Part shown: positions 1 to 26,599 of the stretch, piece by piece
Layout of the letters: each line of letters opens with the position of its first letter
Numbering within the stretch: position 1 is the stretch's first letter
From: the human T2T-CHM13v2.0 reference genome, Homo sapiens
Assembly: GCF_009914755.1 (NCBI RefSeq)
Contig: NC_060943.1
Length of the DNA stretch: 64,000 bases
Direction: 5' to 3' (one strand)
Notes under the pieces: model-generated
What the model saw: the letters and a program-made list of their open reading frames with translations, nothing else
Database searches by the model: none
Told to the model about the DNA's origin: nothing
Position numbers and translations under genes: made by a program

Positions 1-1032
1 CAGCTGTGGTGGTGTGCACCTGTGGTCCCAGTTACTTGGGAGGCTGAGGTGGGAGGATCACTTGAGCCCAGGAGGTGGAGGTTGCAGTTGAGCCAAGATT
101 GCACTACTGCACTCCAGCCTGGGTGACAGAGCAAGACAGTCTCAAAAAAAAAAAAATTTTTTTTTTTGGCAGTGCCCAGTACAGGTGGTGGCACACATTA
201 GGACTTCAAAATCCAGAGATTCCATGATTCTGAGTTACGTGAGTTTGGGTAGGATCCTGTGCCCTGTACTTAACTTTCTTCATCTGTAAGATGGGAGAAC
301 TGATTGGTTGAGCAATCAAATGAGATACTTATAATTATGAAATCACAGTGCTAAGTACTAACATAAGTTACCACTGAAAAAAAATGGACAAAGATTTTAT
401 TTCCTTTGCTCAAATTTAGTAAGACACAAATATTTTACTTTCCCCCCACTCTTCCCAAACATGTGAATACCAAATTGGGATCTGGGGACTTTCTGGAAGC
501 ATTGAAACAAAAAGATTCAAACTACTACTCTTGTAAGAAGGCATTAAATTTTTCCTTATATGATGACACCAAATATTCTTCCTTTCCATTAAATTAGGCT
601 ATTATGCAAAATGATTCCCTGTCTGCAGCTCACCTCCATTATTCCTTGAAAATTACCCTCTAAACATCCATAGATTTTTTGGGTGGTACATATTGGGTCA
701 TTCAGTCTGCACAACAGCAAAATGATCATGTCAAATATCCAAGGCAACTTAAGAATCTTTAAAATGACATTAAACAGAAATGTAAACATCATCAACACCT
801 GTGGCCCAAATCAATAGGAAATCTCAAATCCTAAATACTCATGTCCAAATTCATGATCATGCTTTACATGTCTCAAAAATTTTATCCATTATAAAAATAA
901 AGATGAACCATATCTACACCTTTGTTTATGGGGAATCATTACTGTTCATCCCAGGGATGTAGGACTGTATTGTTCCCCAGCATACATCAAACCTGAGCAG
1001 TTCCTCAGTGTTTTAATAAGATATGTTAGATA

Positions 1033-1612
<580 letters not shown>

Positions 1613-3184
1613 AGATATGTTAGATAATGGAAATAAATGATCAATGACAATATTGGAGGTCCCTACCCTCCAAAGCTAAGGTATCCAACACAACCATAGC
1701 TTCCCTATTAATCTCACAGGTTGGTTGTTATTTCATTTCCTTCAAAGATCTTAATTGCTTTCTAAAAACCAAATCCTCACCTTTTATTAACCATCTCTCT
1801 TTTCCCAAATCTATAAGCAACAGGAAGGCAAGAACTTGTTTCATGTTTCTATATCCATAGCCTACAATGTCTTGATTATTTGTGCTGAATTGTGTATGCT
1901 TTGATACTACAGTGCCAGGCCTATGAGAAAGGTTAAAAAAATCAGCATCAAGAGCAAGATGGCTTGATTTGAACAGTGATTCTGTCTTTGCACCTTGCTA
2001 GGTTTGTGGTCTCTGAAAACTTATCTACACTTACAGGACTCTGCTAGTGCACAAAAGAGAAAAAAAAGTATATAGTTTGCTAAAGACTCAGTGAACTTAC
2101 ATATTTTGACTGAGATATTTTGTGGAAAACATTGTCCAATACACCATAAGAAATATTTCCATGTTTAGATAATAAGAAAGGTTAAGAGCAGTTCCACAGG
2201 ACTAGGATCTGACCTCACACTCAGATAAGGCCAAGTCTTATCCTGTTGAAGAGAAAAATGTCACATTTCCTTCATCAGACAAAGCTACTCAGCAATCATG
2301 ATGGATCAAGACAAAAACAATAACCATGTCTCTAAAAATGGTAAAAGAGAACAGAGTTGAAGCCATTAAAATGACCAAAATTGCCCTCTACTCACTAATC
2401 CAAGTGAGTGGTTTCTTAGGAATTAGGTTTAGCTCCACTTCATTCTTCCTGCCTCTAGATAAGAATTATGATTACCAGTGACACAATTAAGTTCACCTCA
2501 CAGCAGGCAACACACACAGGAGTGTCTCAGTTTGGTGATTAGCAATCAAGTCACCCAACAAATCCAAATCCAAAAAGAAGTTGTTTTGAGAAGGAGTCTT
2601 GCTCTGTCGCCCAGGCTGGAGCACAGTGGCGTGATCTCGGCTCACTGCAACCTCCACCTCCTGGGGTTCAAGCAATTCTCCTGCCTCAGCCTCTTGAGTA
2701 GCTGGGATTACAGGTGCACGCCACCATGCCCGGCTATTTTTTATATATTTTTTAGTAGAGATGGGGTTTCACCATGTTGGCCAGGCTGGTCTCGAACTCC
2801 TGACCTTGTGATCTGCCCACCTTGGCCTCCCAAAGTACTGGGATTACAGGCATGAGCCACTGCGCCCAGCCGAGCACCCTCTTACTGATACTCCCCAGAG
2901 TCATTTATGGTTTATGATCATTCTTATTCCTACAATTCTTAACACTCTTCTCTTGACTACAGGTGTGATCCTGGTGATCTTTGAAAAAAAGGCACTGAAA
3001 CAACCATGATTTAAGTTTTTGGTATTATGAATGCATGAGAAATTTTCTGGGAAAAAATCATAACTATATTAAGAATAAAAAATAAAAAATTCCTAAGGAA
3101 AATACTTGATCTTGTATGCACATAATATTGACTCAGAATATATGAGGATTAACTCAATAAACTTAAAAACTTAATCTGAAAATC

Positions 3185-3567
3185 ACTGGATTAAGAAAAT
3201 GTGGCACATATACACCATGGAATACTATGCGGCCATAAAAAAGGATGAGTTCATGTCCTTTGTAGGGACATGGATGAAGCTGGAAACCACCATTCTCAGC
3301 AAAGTATCACAAGGACAAAAAACCAAACACCACATGTTCTCACTCACAGGTGGGAATTGAACAATGAGAACACTTGGACACAGGAAGGGGAACATCACAC
3401 ACGGGCCTGTTATGGGGTGGGGGGAGGGGGGAGGGATAGCATTAGGAGATATACCTAATGTAAAAGACGAGTTAATGGGTCCAGCACACCAACATGGCAC
3501 GTGTATACCTATGTAATAAACCTGCACGTTGTGCACATGTACCCTAGAAATTAAAGTATAATAATAA
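3185..3567 (+). mobile_element. 5'-truncated L1PA 3' end
   Basis: Canonical L1PA 3' UTR (ggatagcattaggagatatacctaatg...accctagaaattaaagtataataa); TSD aaaaacttaatctgaaaatc at 3165-3184 and 3568-3587. Confidence 0.92.
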
Positions 3568-4261
3568 AAAAACTTAATCTGAAAATCTATAATTGCAATG
3601 GAATATTTTAATATATCCTTGCAGAAAATTAAATAGACAAGTGATAGCATACAAGTTATTTGAAAAGTTAATAAAATATTTCTAAGAAACATCTACAGAA
3701 GCTTTTGTTCAACAAAAACATACACATGGTTTTTAATCACATATAATGAAACAAAATTGAAAATGTACTGAGAGATGACATTCAACTGTAATAGGAAACA
3801 CCGACAATCTGCTTGATATTAGGAAGGTGCTTATTCTTACACTGTAGGACTGGGTAAGTGCATTCCCTGCACAGTGCAGTGGAGAAGCAGACACCCATGT
3901 AGTTCTTTTTGACTGCACCACTGTAGTTGTCACGGTGGAATCAGAAACACATAGTCACTGGTACTGTTAACAAAACATGGTGTTTATTACATAAATAATA
4001 CCTTGGATAAATTCAACCTAGAGATGAGGTGAGTCAGAGCATCAGAGAATATTCCCAACCTTAAGAGTCTAAATGGTTGCCTGGTGGACACATTAGAGTT
4101 TCTAGGAAAATCCAAACTGCAGTGCATCTTTGAGTAGAACTTTTGAAGACAATTTGTGGAAAACTACATCTTTGAAAATATGGCAGCTGGGGCCATGCAC
4201 AGTGGCTCACGCCTGTAATCTCAGCACTTTGGAAGGCCAAGGTGGGCAGATCATGAGGTCA

Positions 4262-4601
<340 letters not shown>

Positions 4602-5439
4602 TCAGGACAATGTGGTGGAAGCAGGTGTCCCTGAAGCTCCTATGCATCCATCTGTCTCCACATATGGTGGCTATAAAACCTGACTAATGCTTTCTTCACT
4701 TCTGCCTTCCATATCTCCTGCAAGTAGGCTATTGGTGAATTATACCGTGGAGCCATAAAAGGTTAGATTATAGAAAACATAGGTCACAACATAACCCATG
4801 TTAACACAATCCAGGACAGCCATTTCCAGCTATAGGTTATATGGTTCTATCTCAGATCTCTCTTATTAATACAAAGTCTATTATTCAAATCACAGCCAGA
4901 AGGAATTACAAACAGCAAACAGAAGATGAAAATAATAATTCCAATGAGAGAGTATACTGTATGATAAACTTTGCAGACTCAAAAATTTATTATGATTATT
5001 TTTTAGCATAAAAAATAGAAAAAAGGGTACTCTGTCTTCCTCTAAAAAAGCCTCTTTTGGTCAGAAAGATGAAATACATATAATGATATCTAGTACCTGC
5101 CACATAAGGCCAGTAGGAAATCCTAAAAATTACCAAATTGTCATTTTTTGATGGCCCATTACAGCACAACTAAAAAATACATAAAAATCAAAACTGCTAG
5201 CTTATTATAAATACACTTCAATTCACTCATGAATCTAACAGACTTCAATATGGAAAGACAAAATTTCAGAAACTGATTTAATGAAAAAATACTATCAATT
5301 CAACTTGTGTACAACTGTATAAGAGCTTACAGAATTATCTCATCTCAGTGTTCTTTTGTGAAAGTAATAGAAATCCATAATTCAGAGATCCATTTTAAGA
5401 ATCAGTAACTGATAATATGTTTTATCACATTTCTGACAT

Positions 5440-8280
<2,841 letters not shown>

Positions 8281-8335
8281 TCAGGAAGAGTACTTGACCA
8301 GAGCTATTATCAAAACAATAAAATTCATCACATAG

Positions 8336-8581
<246 letters not shown>

Positions 8582-8865
8582 TGATCTGCCCACCTTGGCC
8601 TCCCAAAGTGCTAGGATTACAGGCATGAGCCACCATGCCTGGCCAAAATTCATAATATAGAGTTTCTTAATATTGTTTCCAGGTGAAATATTTTTCAAAT
8701 ACTGAACATCTGTACCATTTTTAAGAAAACGTTCTTGGCAAAAATTTTCAAAAAATAAATAAATATGAAATGGGGCTTATTTGTTTCAATTATTCATTTT
8801 TTAAACCTAATGGCATGCTAAGATTCTCTCATAAGACAGTATTTTCTTTTGTAAGTACAACTCAC

Positions 8866-8923
8866 CTTAGCTTTCTCCCCTGATTTTTGTGATCTTCAAT
8901 GTTCTTCTCCTCCCAGTTTTCCC
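8866..8923 (-). CDS. ZNF709: ZNF709 exon 3 (short post-KRAB-A exon)
   Basis: ttttag|GGGAAAAC...CTAAG|gtgagt; 58 bp encoding (G)ENWEEKNIEDHKNQGRKL(R), keeps frame into exon 4. Confidence 0.9.
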
Positions 8924-8981
8924 CTAAAATGCAGGCCCAGAAAAATCATTAAACCTATTCGAAATTACAGAAAAATTATTA

Positions 8982-9320
<339 letters not shown>

Positions 9321-9524
9321 TCATTAAAAGTTCATATATAATTTTCTCCATTTATCCTGTAACTTTGTCATCAGAACTCAAATCTTCGTCCACACTTACT
9401 TCTTCATAAATTTAACACCACCATGAATACTTGGAAATTATTTCTACATTTTTAGTATGATCACTTCAAGTCTTATGCTCTCCAATGACAGGATACACAG
9501 CATCTTAGAGAAATGCTATACGAT

Positions 9525-11110
9525 ACTCTCCCTCTCCCTCTCCCCACGGTCTCCCTCTCCCTCTCTTTCCACGGTCTCCCTCTGATGCAGAGCCGAAGCT
9601 GGACTGTACTGCTGCCATCTCGGCACACTGCAACCTCCCTGCCTGATTCTCCTGCCTCAGCCTGCCGAGTGCCTGCGATTGCAGGCGCGCGCGCCGCCAC
9701 GCCTGACTGGTTTTCGTATTTTTTTTGGTGGAGACGGGGTTTCGCTGTGTTGGCCAGGCTGGTCTCCAGCTCCTAACCATGAGTGATCTGCCAGCCTCGG
9801 CCTCCCGAGGTGCCGTGATTGCAGACGGAGTCTCGTTCACTCAGTGCTCAATGGTGCCCAGGCTGGAGTGCAGTGGCGTGATCTCGGCTCGCTACAACCT
9901 CCACCTCCCAGCTGCCTGCCTTGGCCTCCCAAAGTGCCGAGACTGCAGCCTCTGCCCGGCTGCCACCCCGTCTGGGAAGTGAGGAGCGTCTCTGCCTGGC
10001 CGCCCATCGTCTGGGATGTGAGGAGCCCCTCTGCCTGGCTGCCCAGTCTGGGAAGTGAGGAGCGCCTCTTCCCGGCCGCCATCACATCTAGGAAGTGAGG
10101 AGCGTCTCTGCCCGGCGGCCCATCGTCTGAGAGGTGGGGAGCGCCTCTGCCCCGCCGCCCCGTCTGGGATGTGAGGAGTGCCTCTGCCCGGCCGCGACCC
10201 CGTCTGGGAGGTGAGGAGTGCCTCTGCCCGGCCGCAACCCCGTCTGAGAAGTGAGGAGACCCTCCTCCTGGCAGCCACCCTGTCTGGGAAGTGAGGAGCA
10301 TCTCCGCCCGGCAGCCACCCCATCCGGGAGGGAGGTGGGGGTCAGCCCCCGCACGGCCAGCCGCCCCGTCCGGGAGGGAGGTGGGGGTCAGCCCCCGCAC
10401 GGCCAGCCGCCCCGTCCGGGAGGGAGGTGGGGGGTCAGCCCCCGCCCGGCCAGCCGTCCCGTCCGGGAGGGAGGTGGGGGGTCAGCCCCCGCCCGGCCAG
10501 CCGCCCAGTCCAGGAGGTGGGGGGCGCCTCTGCCTGGCCGCCCCTTCTGGGAAGTGAGGAGCCCCTCTGCCCGGCCACCACCCCGTCTGGGAGGTGTACC
10601 CAATAGCTCATTGAGAACGGGCCATAATGACAATGGCGGTTTTGTGGAATAGAAAAGGGGGAAAGGTGGGGAAAAGATTGAGAAATCGGATGGTTGCTGT
10701 GTCTGTGTAGAAAGAAGTAGACATGGGAGACTTTTCATTTTGTTCAGTACTAAGAAAAATTCTTCTGCCTTGGGATCCTGTTGATCTATGACCTTACCCC
10801 CAACCCTGTGCTCTCTGAAACATGTGCTGTGTCCACTCAGGGTTAAATGGATTAAGGGCGGTGCAAGATGTGCTTTGGTAAACAGATGCTTGAAGGCAGC
10901 ATGCTCGTTAAGAGTCATCACCACTCCCTAATCTCAAGTACCCAGGGACACAAACACTGCGGAAGGCCGCAGGGTCCTCTGCCTAGGAAAACCAGAGACC
11001 TTTGTTCACTTGTTTATCTGCTGACCTTCCCTCCACTATTGTCCTATGACCCTGCCAAATCCCCCTCTGCGAGAAACACCCAAGAATGATCAATAAAAAA
11101 AAAAAAAAAA
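9525..11110 (+). mobile_element. SVA retrotransposon (SVA_C/D-like), antisense in ZNF709 intron 1
   Basis: Short CCCTCT hexamer head, antisense Alu-like part, GC-rich VNTR (~9950-10600), SINE-R, AATAAA plus polyA; TSD AGAAATGCTATACGAT at 9509-9524 and 11111-11126. Confidence 0.96.
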
Positions 11111-11953
11111 AGAAATGCTATACGATTGAAGCAAATATTTCCAGTTTAAGACCAACAATTCCTTGTAAGAAAAATACTTTTTATCTCCTGCTTTATCATG
11201 TACTATATCACTCAGCATCCCATGAAACACAGGGTCAAATCTGTACGAGATTTTTTTTTTTTGAGACAGAGTCTTGCTCTGACGCCCAGGCTAGAGTGCA
11301 GTGGCGCGATCTCAGCTCACTGCAAGCTCTGCCTCCCGGGTTCACGCCATTCTCCTGCCTCAGCCTCCTGAGTAGCTAGGACTACTGGCGCCCGCCACTA
11401 TGCCCGGCTAATTTTTTGTATATTTAGTAGAGACGGGGTTTCACTATGTTAGCCAGGATGGTCTCGATCTCCTGACCTCGTGATCCGCCCACCTCGGCCT
11501 CCCAAAGTGCTTGGGATTACAGGTGTGAGCCACCGCACCCAGCCACGAGATTTTAATGAATAAGTATATACTGAAGAACTGTACATTTTTTCTTCTATTC
11601 CCATGATTACACTGAAAAGCCAGAGGGCCCGTGCAACTTGCAACAACATCCTGCTGGCCATGTTGTACCGAAGTACTGCAGACCATTAGAATTAGTCAGA
11701 TCCAACTGGTGGAGTGAAAATATTCTTTTAGTGAAATATTAATTTTAACTTGTTTGTATAATATTTATCACAGACCCAGTGTTTCTTTTTTCTCCCTGTC
11801 CCATTTGATGGAGGCAGGAGGTTACTGGGATGTTAGAGCACAGGCAGGAGGAAAAAGGCATGGCAACTTAGATCATAAAAATTAAATCTTCACCAGGCGC
11901 GGTTGCTCACGCCTATAATCCCAGCACTTTGGGAGGCTGAGAAGGGTGGATCA

Positions 11954-12192
<239 letters not shown>

Positions 12193-12984
12193 TCAAAAAA
12201 TCCCCACACTCATGAGCCTCAGGACTGCGACCACTGTTAGCACACATAGGATGGAGATGATAAGATGCCAGAACAGCTCTTTCCCTCAGAAACCTAACAG
12301 TGTACCCTGAGACTTAACGAATTTGAGTAACAGGTTAACAGTTTCAATTTGCAAGGGAGTTCACCCAAGTCCACAATGGTTTCATACTGAATTTGCCCAT
12401 GATTACAAAATTCAAAGGGTTCAGCAGTGCTGTCCTCCAAAAGGATATGAAATTCCCTTTCTCCAATTTCAGAAAGAAGTGATCCGCAAACAGCTACTCT
12501 AGAGGCTGGCCATCCTCCCAACGTCTCTCATTTTAGGCTCCCGTGAGGTACGTGGTGGCATGAGATCCCGACACCAAAGCATAGGAATCCCTCAGTGGCA
12601 TAATTCCCCTAAATCTTGGCCTTTGAAAAAGATCATTAACCTACTGATGTCCATATGCAAAGGACAGAAAAAATGCTCCCAAACAGCAATCCTGATACTA
12701 GAATTTACCTATTTGGTAAAGTAACAGAAATATCCACACCTTTCTTGTTGTTGGGTCAAAGGAGTAAAATGAGCTGATCACGTAAGTTCTAATTGTTCCT
12801 TGTACAGTGGTTCTATGGCACTTGTTCAAAGAAATTCCTACTACCTAGTGTGCAGAAGACTGTTAACATTAGTAAAATGTTAACCTAAGACTACTTATCT
12901 TTAAATGCCTGAGGGTATATATTCAATTCATAAAAAGTTCACATATGATTCTGTGGTCTCCAAACATTTGTTGTCCTTCACTGA

Positions 12985-13610
<626 letters not shown>

Positions 13611-14447
13611 TTTCCTCCACACCAACTATGACTAAATAAGGCTAATAAAGGATATTTAATAATCCTAATTTTAAAAATGTTATTGGGTAATGTCAAAGCA
13701 GAATTAAATTAAGGTGGAAGTTGGTACATGTTCTCAGAACAAACTCAGTGTCAACAAGATGCCACTGCTCCCAAATGATATCTTTATAAAATTCTACAAA
13801 TCCCTAAAATAGACTTATAAAATTCTTAAAATAGACTTATAAAATTCTACAAATCCCTAAAATAGTCAAGAAAAACTACTTTTCCAAACCTAAGAGGAAC
13901 AATAAATGTCAAACAATGGGTAAAGTCTTTTGAAGAGCAACATAAATACTTGCCTAGTATGTATCAAGGATTTTCAAACTATTAACACTCCAAACAGCAT
14001 GACACACAGAGAGCTAAATAGAACAAGGGAGGGGAAAAGTGTCTTCAATGGACTGGCATTTATAAGGAAAATTGATTAATGATAGAGCAACCATTGTAGG
14101 GTAGTGGAAGAGATCACTAACACTTCAATATATGCAGAAGGGACACACTGTTGTCTAACTGGAAAAAGCATTGCATCAGCTCTTTTCCATAGACAATAAT
14201 CAATTTAATGTAGATTTAAATGTGAATAATATAATTAAAACTGTTTCAAAAGTCACAGGCAAACTTTTTTAAATGCAAGAGTAGGGAGAATTTTCTCATG
14301 TAAGAGTAAGCCATAAAGGATGAGACTGAAAAGTTCAAACATACTAAAATCAAGAAAGTTAAAAGACAAATCACAAAGCAGGAAAAAAATATGTGACATA
14401 CATGCAATATAAATGAACTAGTATGCAGAGTAAAAATAAATGAACAG

Positions 14448-15298
<851 letters not shown>

Positions 15299-15939
15299 GA
15301 AAAGGTACATCTCGCTCCTTCCTTGATACAGCCAAATGAAATACCAAATAGATCCAATTTCTTACATATTAGAAGGACAAAAATCAGTCAATTAGCTACT
15401 CCCAAGTATTGATGACCACTGCCAATAGACAAATAGTTATGCATGAATGGAAGAAAGATCAACTGATACACTCCATTGCTATTTCCTGTATATTTGAACT
15501 TGACCATAATCTATAGCACAGTGATTTTTCTCCAACATCCAGAGAAGTTATTGTGTATTTGTACTTAGACACAGATACCAAAACAATAGGATCAGTATTT
15601 TTCACAAGAGCAAAAAATGAACTGGAAAAAGCCCAAACACCACCATCAATGGATTGGATGATAAAATTGGATTCCCCCAGCCTGTCACTATCATGTGAAA
15701 CACAGAGGCAAAACCACTCAAAAACCTTTTCATTGTTAATTCCACTAATACTCATGTATTTAAAGTTCAAATAAGGCTCAACTAAAAGAACATCACATAG
15801 TGAAATGGAAGATAAAGGTATAAAGAATAATCAAATAATCAAGACTGTGGCCATCTATGAAGCAGGATGGAGATAAGCCAGAGGAGAACATCAATAGACT
15901 AATTAATGACTGACCAAAGCTCACCTATAAATTTATATT

Positions 15940-18980
<3,041 letters not shown>

Positions 18981-18989
18981 ACTCTAGAG

Positions 18990-21420
18990 CCTTTTGCGGT
19001 AGGGGGACCCACTTAAGGTGGGCCAATTTGCAATTAACAGCATAAAGTGGTTAAGTAAAATTTATAAACAAGGAATATGTTGCCTCCAGAACATCAAAAG
19101 AACCTAGAAGATGCTGTGGGTAGTCAGAGGGACAATAGCTATTTCATAGTAGTGTCAGGGATGGAGCGGCCCTCCTTTTACCAAATGGTTTTTAGGAACT
19201 TAACCAAAACATAAAGGTCTCTTATTTTATATATGGGGCAATGGACTTTTTGTAAGCTCTATTTTTTTTTTCAGTATTTATGTGTCCTGAATGAATGCCA
19301 AAACAATGTCCTCAGACAAGGCTGTCATTAATGTAATATCATACCTGTGTTCTAGAGAAAGGTGGATGCAGTTCAGATTTTGCCTGCAAAGACTGTGCAA
19401 CAGCAAGGCTGTTGAGGTTCCCTTGGGAAACTAGGTAAAGTTATATAATTAGCCTGTGAGATGGTGAAATCTGTGAGATCAGCTGGATGGTGTCAGTAAT
19501 TTCCATGTTGGATATTGGTATAGGGGCTTAATGGGTGGGACCACAGCATTAAGGTTATGGTAATCCATTGTGGGTTGCCATTCATTCTCTCCAAGTTTAA
19601 GAAAGGCCAAACTGTACTTTTAAAACGAGAAGCACGGGGAATAATCACTTCCTCACTAAACAAGTTTTACATAATACTTTTCAACCCTTCAAGGCCCTGT
19701 TCAATTTATATTGAGCCATCATAACTAATTTAACTGGGGAGTAAGTTCCACAGGGTCTCATTCTGTCAAGCCAGTTTGTAAGTGCCAAAGATTTAATTTA
19801 AATTTCACTTATGACTCACTGGTTTAGAGTTTACCTGTTCATTCTGGCGTATTTTAGGACACTGGGTGCCATGAACATGGGGAATTTAGGCACAGTTATG
19901 ATGGCTAAGATGAGACATACTTATTTGTCTTCTATTTTATATTCAGTAACTCCCTTAAGATTATCAGGGGATACCTTGCTTAAATTTTAGTGGGTCTCCC
20001 AGGTATAACCATAATTTGAGCCCTTGTATTGGCTAATCCTATAGTGTGTTAATTAATACATTACATAAGATGTTAAAATTAATACAGAACCTATGATATA
20101 GAGGCTCTTTTATCTTTTTTGCCGTCTAAATTCCTTTAGTCTATTTGGAATTTCCAATTGGGTCAAATTGTGGACCTCTTTTTCAGCATTTTTTTCTTTT
20201 GTTCCTTTCCTTCCTAACATGTTTGTTTTGTTTTTGTTTTTGTCCCTGGATATATTTTGACAGCAAAATCCTCTCTACAGGGGAGGGGTGTTCTTTTCCC
20301 TCCAGAGAGCCACAAATCACTATTATCAGGCTTAGGGGCCTGTCCCTCATGGTTGCTTTATAAAGTTTAAGCACCTGGGCCTTAAGCTGGCTTTGAATGA
20401 ACCCTTTGCAATGCTGCAGAGGAAACATGAGTGTGCCCTATAATCCTGAGGGTCAGCATCCTTGCTGCAATAGAGCAACAGCAGCAACACTTAAGGGTCC
20501 TTGGGAGCCCTGTGCTATTAGGAGTGTGGACTCGGCCCACCATCTAACAGCTGCCTTTCCCCCTCTCTTTTGTCTCTTTTTCAAAAATGACTGCTCTGGC
20601 AGGTAGTCTTTCCCATGAGCACCTTGTATGCCAGGTCAGCAGCAGTCACAGCTTCACTCTAAAACACACAGATAAGTCCAGGCCAAGAAACACTACCCAG
20701 GACCACTTTAAGGAGTATCAAATCTCATATTCCTCTTCAAAAAAGCCAAGGAATTATCAAAACGGCCAACTCCAGTTGGCTAAACATAGAACCCAGACTT
20801 GGCAGGGCTCAACATGCAGCACAGAGTAGCACAACTCAAAGTAGTAGCTTCCCAGAAAGCAGCAGCTGAAAGTGCATGCTGGCCATCAGGCAACAGAGCA
20901 GGTAGCAATTCAGTGCAAGAGAAGACAGACCCATGGGGTGACAGTCAATGTCTGAACACCATGCTCATGGTAACAATTCCTGTGTCGTTCCAATGTTGAC
21001 ACTAATAACAGCGTGGAGAACAGACACCAAAGGGTATGAAAAGACTCACTACTGTGATCATTGAGGTCTTGGGGAAAGCAGGGCAGGCTGCCCAAGCAGG
21101 TGTGACATAGCTTCAGAGAGCAAAGAAAGCCTCCTGGCCTGGGTTTTTATTGTAGTTTGGGGGTGGGGCTACAAGAGAGTACCTGCTCAAGGGCAGGAGC
21201 TTCTGTGGTTTGAATTTCCTGCTCCCAGACTTTTTCAGCTTGCCCAGGTGTGCAGCACGAGGAGAAGAGAGAAGGGTGACGCTTATGATGTGCACAGCCA
21301 AAATCAAAACATGCAGAGTCCAACTACTCATTACAGAACCAACATGAGTATGAAAAACATGCATTTGCAATTGCTTATTTTTATAAAAAGAAACACTGAC
21401 AGTATGCTTAAGAAATTATT
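18990..21420 (-). mobile_element. Degraded class III (ERVL-like) provirus: LTR (~20975-21420), leader and pol/RT remnants
   Basis: Minus translation near 19400-19670 gives VIIP..STVWPFLK..EWQPTMDYHNLNAVVPPI and PQGNLNS, resembling ERVL RT motifs; LTR/leader is homologous to 41540-45070. Confidence 0.65.
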
Positions 21421-21423
21421 AAA

Positions 21424-24540
<3,117 letters not shown>

Positions 24541-24542
24541 AT

Positions 24543-24591
<49 letters not shown>

Positions 24592-26599
24592 CCCTCTCCC
24601 TCTCCCTCTCTCTCTCCCTCTCCCTCTCAAGTCAGCTCAGACTAGCAGACTGCTTCTCCACAATTCAGAAGGAAAACCCACACTCAGAAAGCTAAACACA
24701 TACACAAGCTTGGGGCCCACATTCTTGCTGTTGGGCAACAACCTTTAGAGTGAGACAGTCCCTGGTGACAGAGGGCAGGGGCACCTGAGGAGCCAAAGGA
24801 ATGAACTCAGCGAGCTCCACACATTCCCTCACCCCTGGTGACAGGGAAATCGCCCCTTCAATTGTTGTAAGTGAGGAAACTCTCAACTGGACTGAGATTA
24901 AGGTTCTGACCCAAATGAACTCCCCAGTTCATTCATCCTGTGTCCAGGAGACAGATCTCCTGGCCTTTACAGACTTTCTCACTATAGAAAAATTACACTG
25001 AGTGCACCTACACAACAGATGCAAAACTCAAACCTAATGTCTAAAAATAGGCCCAAGGAAACCACAATTATGCCCTCAGGAAGGGCATCACTGGATTCAG
25101 CCAATCCCCCAACGTGCATTCAGATCCCCAGCTTTCCAGTGCTCAGCAGCTTCTCTCAGTACAAAGGGCTCCTTCCACAGTAGGTATGAGCAGGTAGGAC
25201 ACCTGCAGGGGAGGCTCCCTAGGAAGAAACAACTGGGCCTTCGATTACATCCCTTGGGAGACCCAAGGGTTGGTCTTAGAGCTTGGAGTCACTGACCTGA
25301 GTCCTCTTTGCTCTCCAGTCAAGTGACCTGGACCACTACTGATATTTACATGAGACAAACCCTGTGTTTGAAGAAATCAAAGGGGAGGCTGAGGCAGGTG
25401 GATAACCTGAGCCCAGAATGGAATTCCATTTGAAATCACCGAAAAGGAAAGAACAGACCTGAGGAACTTGCTATACATTCTCAGAAGAAAAAAAGAGAAA
25501 CAAAAATTTTTAATAAATGCAATATCATACTGGGATATTTCATTATTATTATTTTCTGTTTTTGAGACAAGGTGTGAGACCTTGCTCAGCCTGGAGTGCA
25601 GTGGCATGATCAAGGCTCAAAGCAGCCTCAACTTCCCAGGCTCAAGCAATCCTCCCGCCTCGGCCTCCCAAGTAGCTGGGACTACAAGTGCAGGCCATTA
25701 CGCCCAGCTAATTTTTTTTTTTTTTTTTTTTTTTTCTAGTAGAGATGAGGTCTCTCTATGTCACCTAGGCTGGTCTTGAACTCCTGAGCTCAAGCGATCC
25801 TCCTGACTCAGCCTCCCAAAGTGCTGAGATTACAGGCGTGAGCCAACGCTCCTAGCTTGATATTTTATTATTTTCTGAAACCCATCTCTTTCTTGCCTCT
25901 TTGGAAATATTTTACATCCACTCTAAAGGTTTATTTTATTTTATTTTTTTATTTTTTTGAGACAGAGTCTCACTCTGTCGCCGAGGCTGTAGTGCAGTGG
26001 CGCAATCTCATCTCAACTGCAACCTCTGCCTCCCGGGTTCAAGTGATTCTCCTGCCTCAGCCTCCTGAGTAGCCGTGATTACAGATGTGCACCACCACGC
26101 CCGGCTAATTTTTTATATTTTTAGTAGAGACGGGGTTTCGCCATGTTGGCTGGGCTGTAGGTCTCCTAATTACGTATATTTTACATTTTTTGAGAATCAA
26201 TTAAGTGAGTAAATCTTTTCAAGGTGATAAGCCCAGGGAGGGGAAGTGCTGCGCTGGAAAGGACAGATCTCCCAGAAAAGTTTCCAAAAAGGAGACTCAA
26301 CCCAAAGGAGTTCCCATAGGATGTCAGGTCCCAGGAGAGATACTGGCAAGAGAGGCACAAGCATTTTACACGAGGTAGCTTCAAGTCCTTCTCCTCTGTT
26401 TTCCTCTCATATAAATACCCCAAAGCATACGTTAAATCTTTTTAAAAGAACCATCCATTCCTCTGTACAAAAAGGATAATTAAAATACTGCGTCTGGTTG
26501 AAATAACGACGTTGTGAACTGGAGAGAAGACATTGGCATTTGAAAGAGATCTAGAAATTTAGGGATTTAATCCCAGCTCTGGGAAGAGCCAGGCTGGAG

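Noticed and set aside
9473-11089. Many overlapping Pro/Gly/Arg-rich ORFs
   Set aside because: All lie within the SVA (VNTR, Alu-like part, SINE-R).
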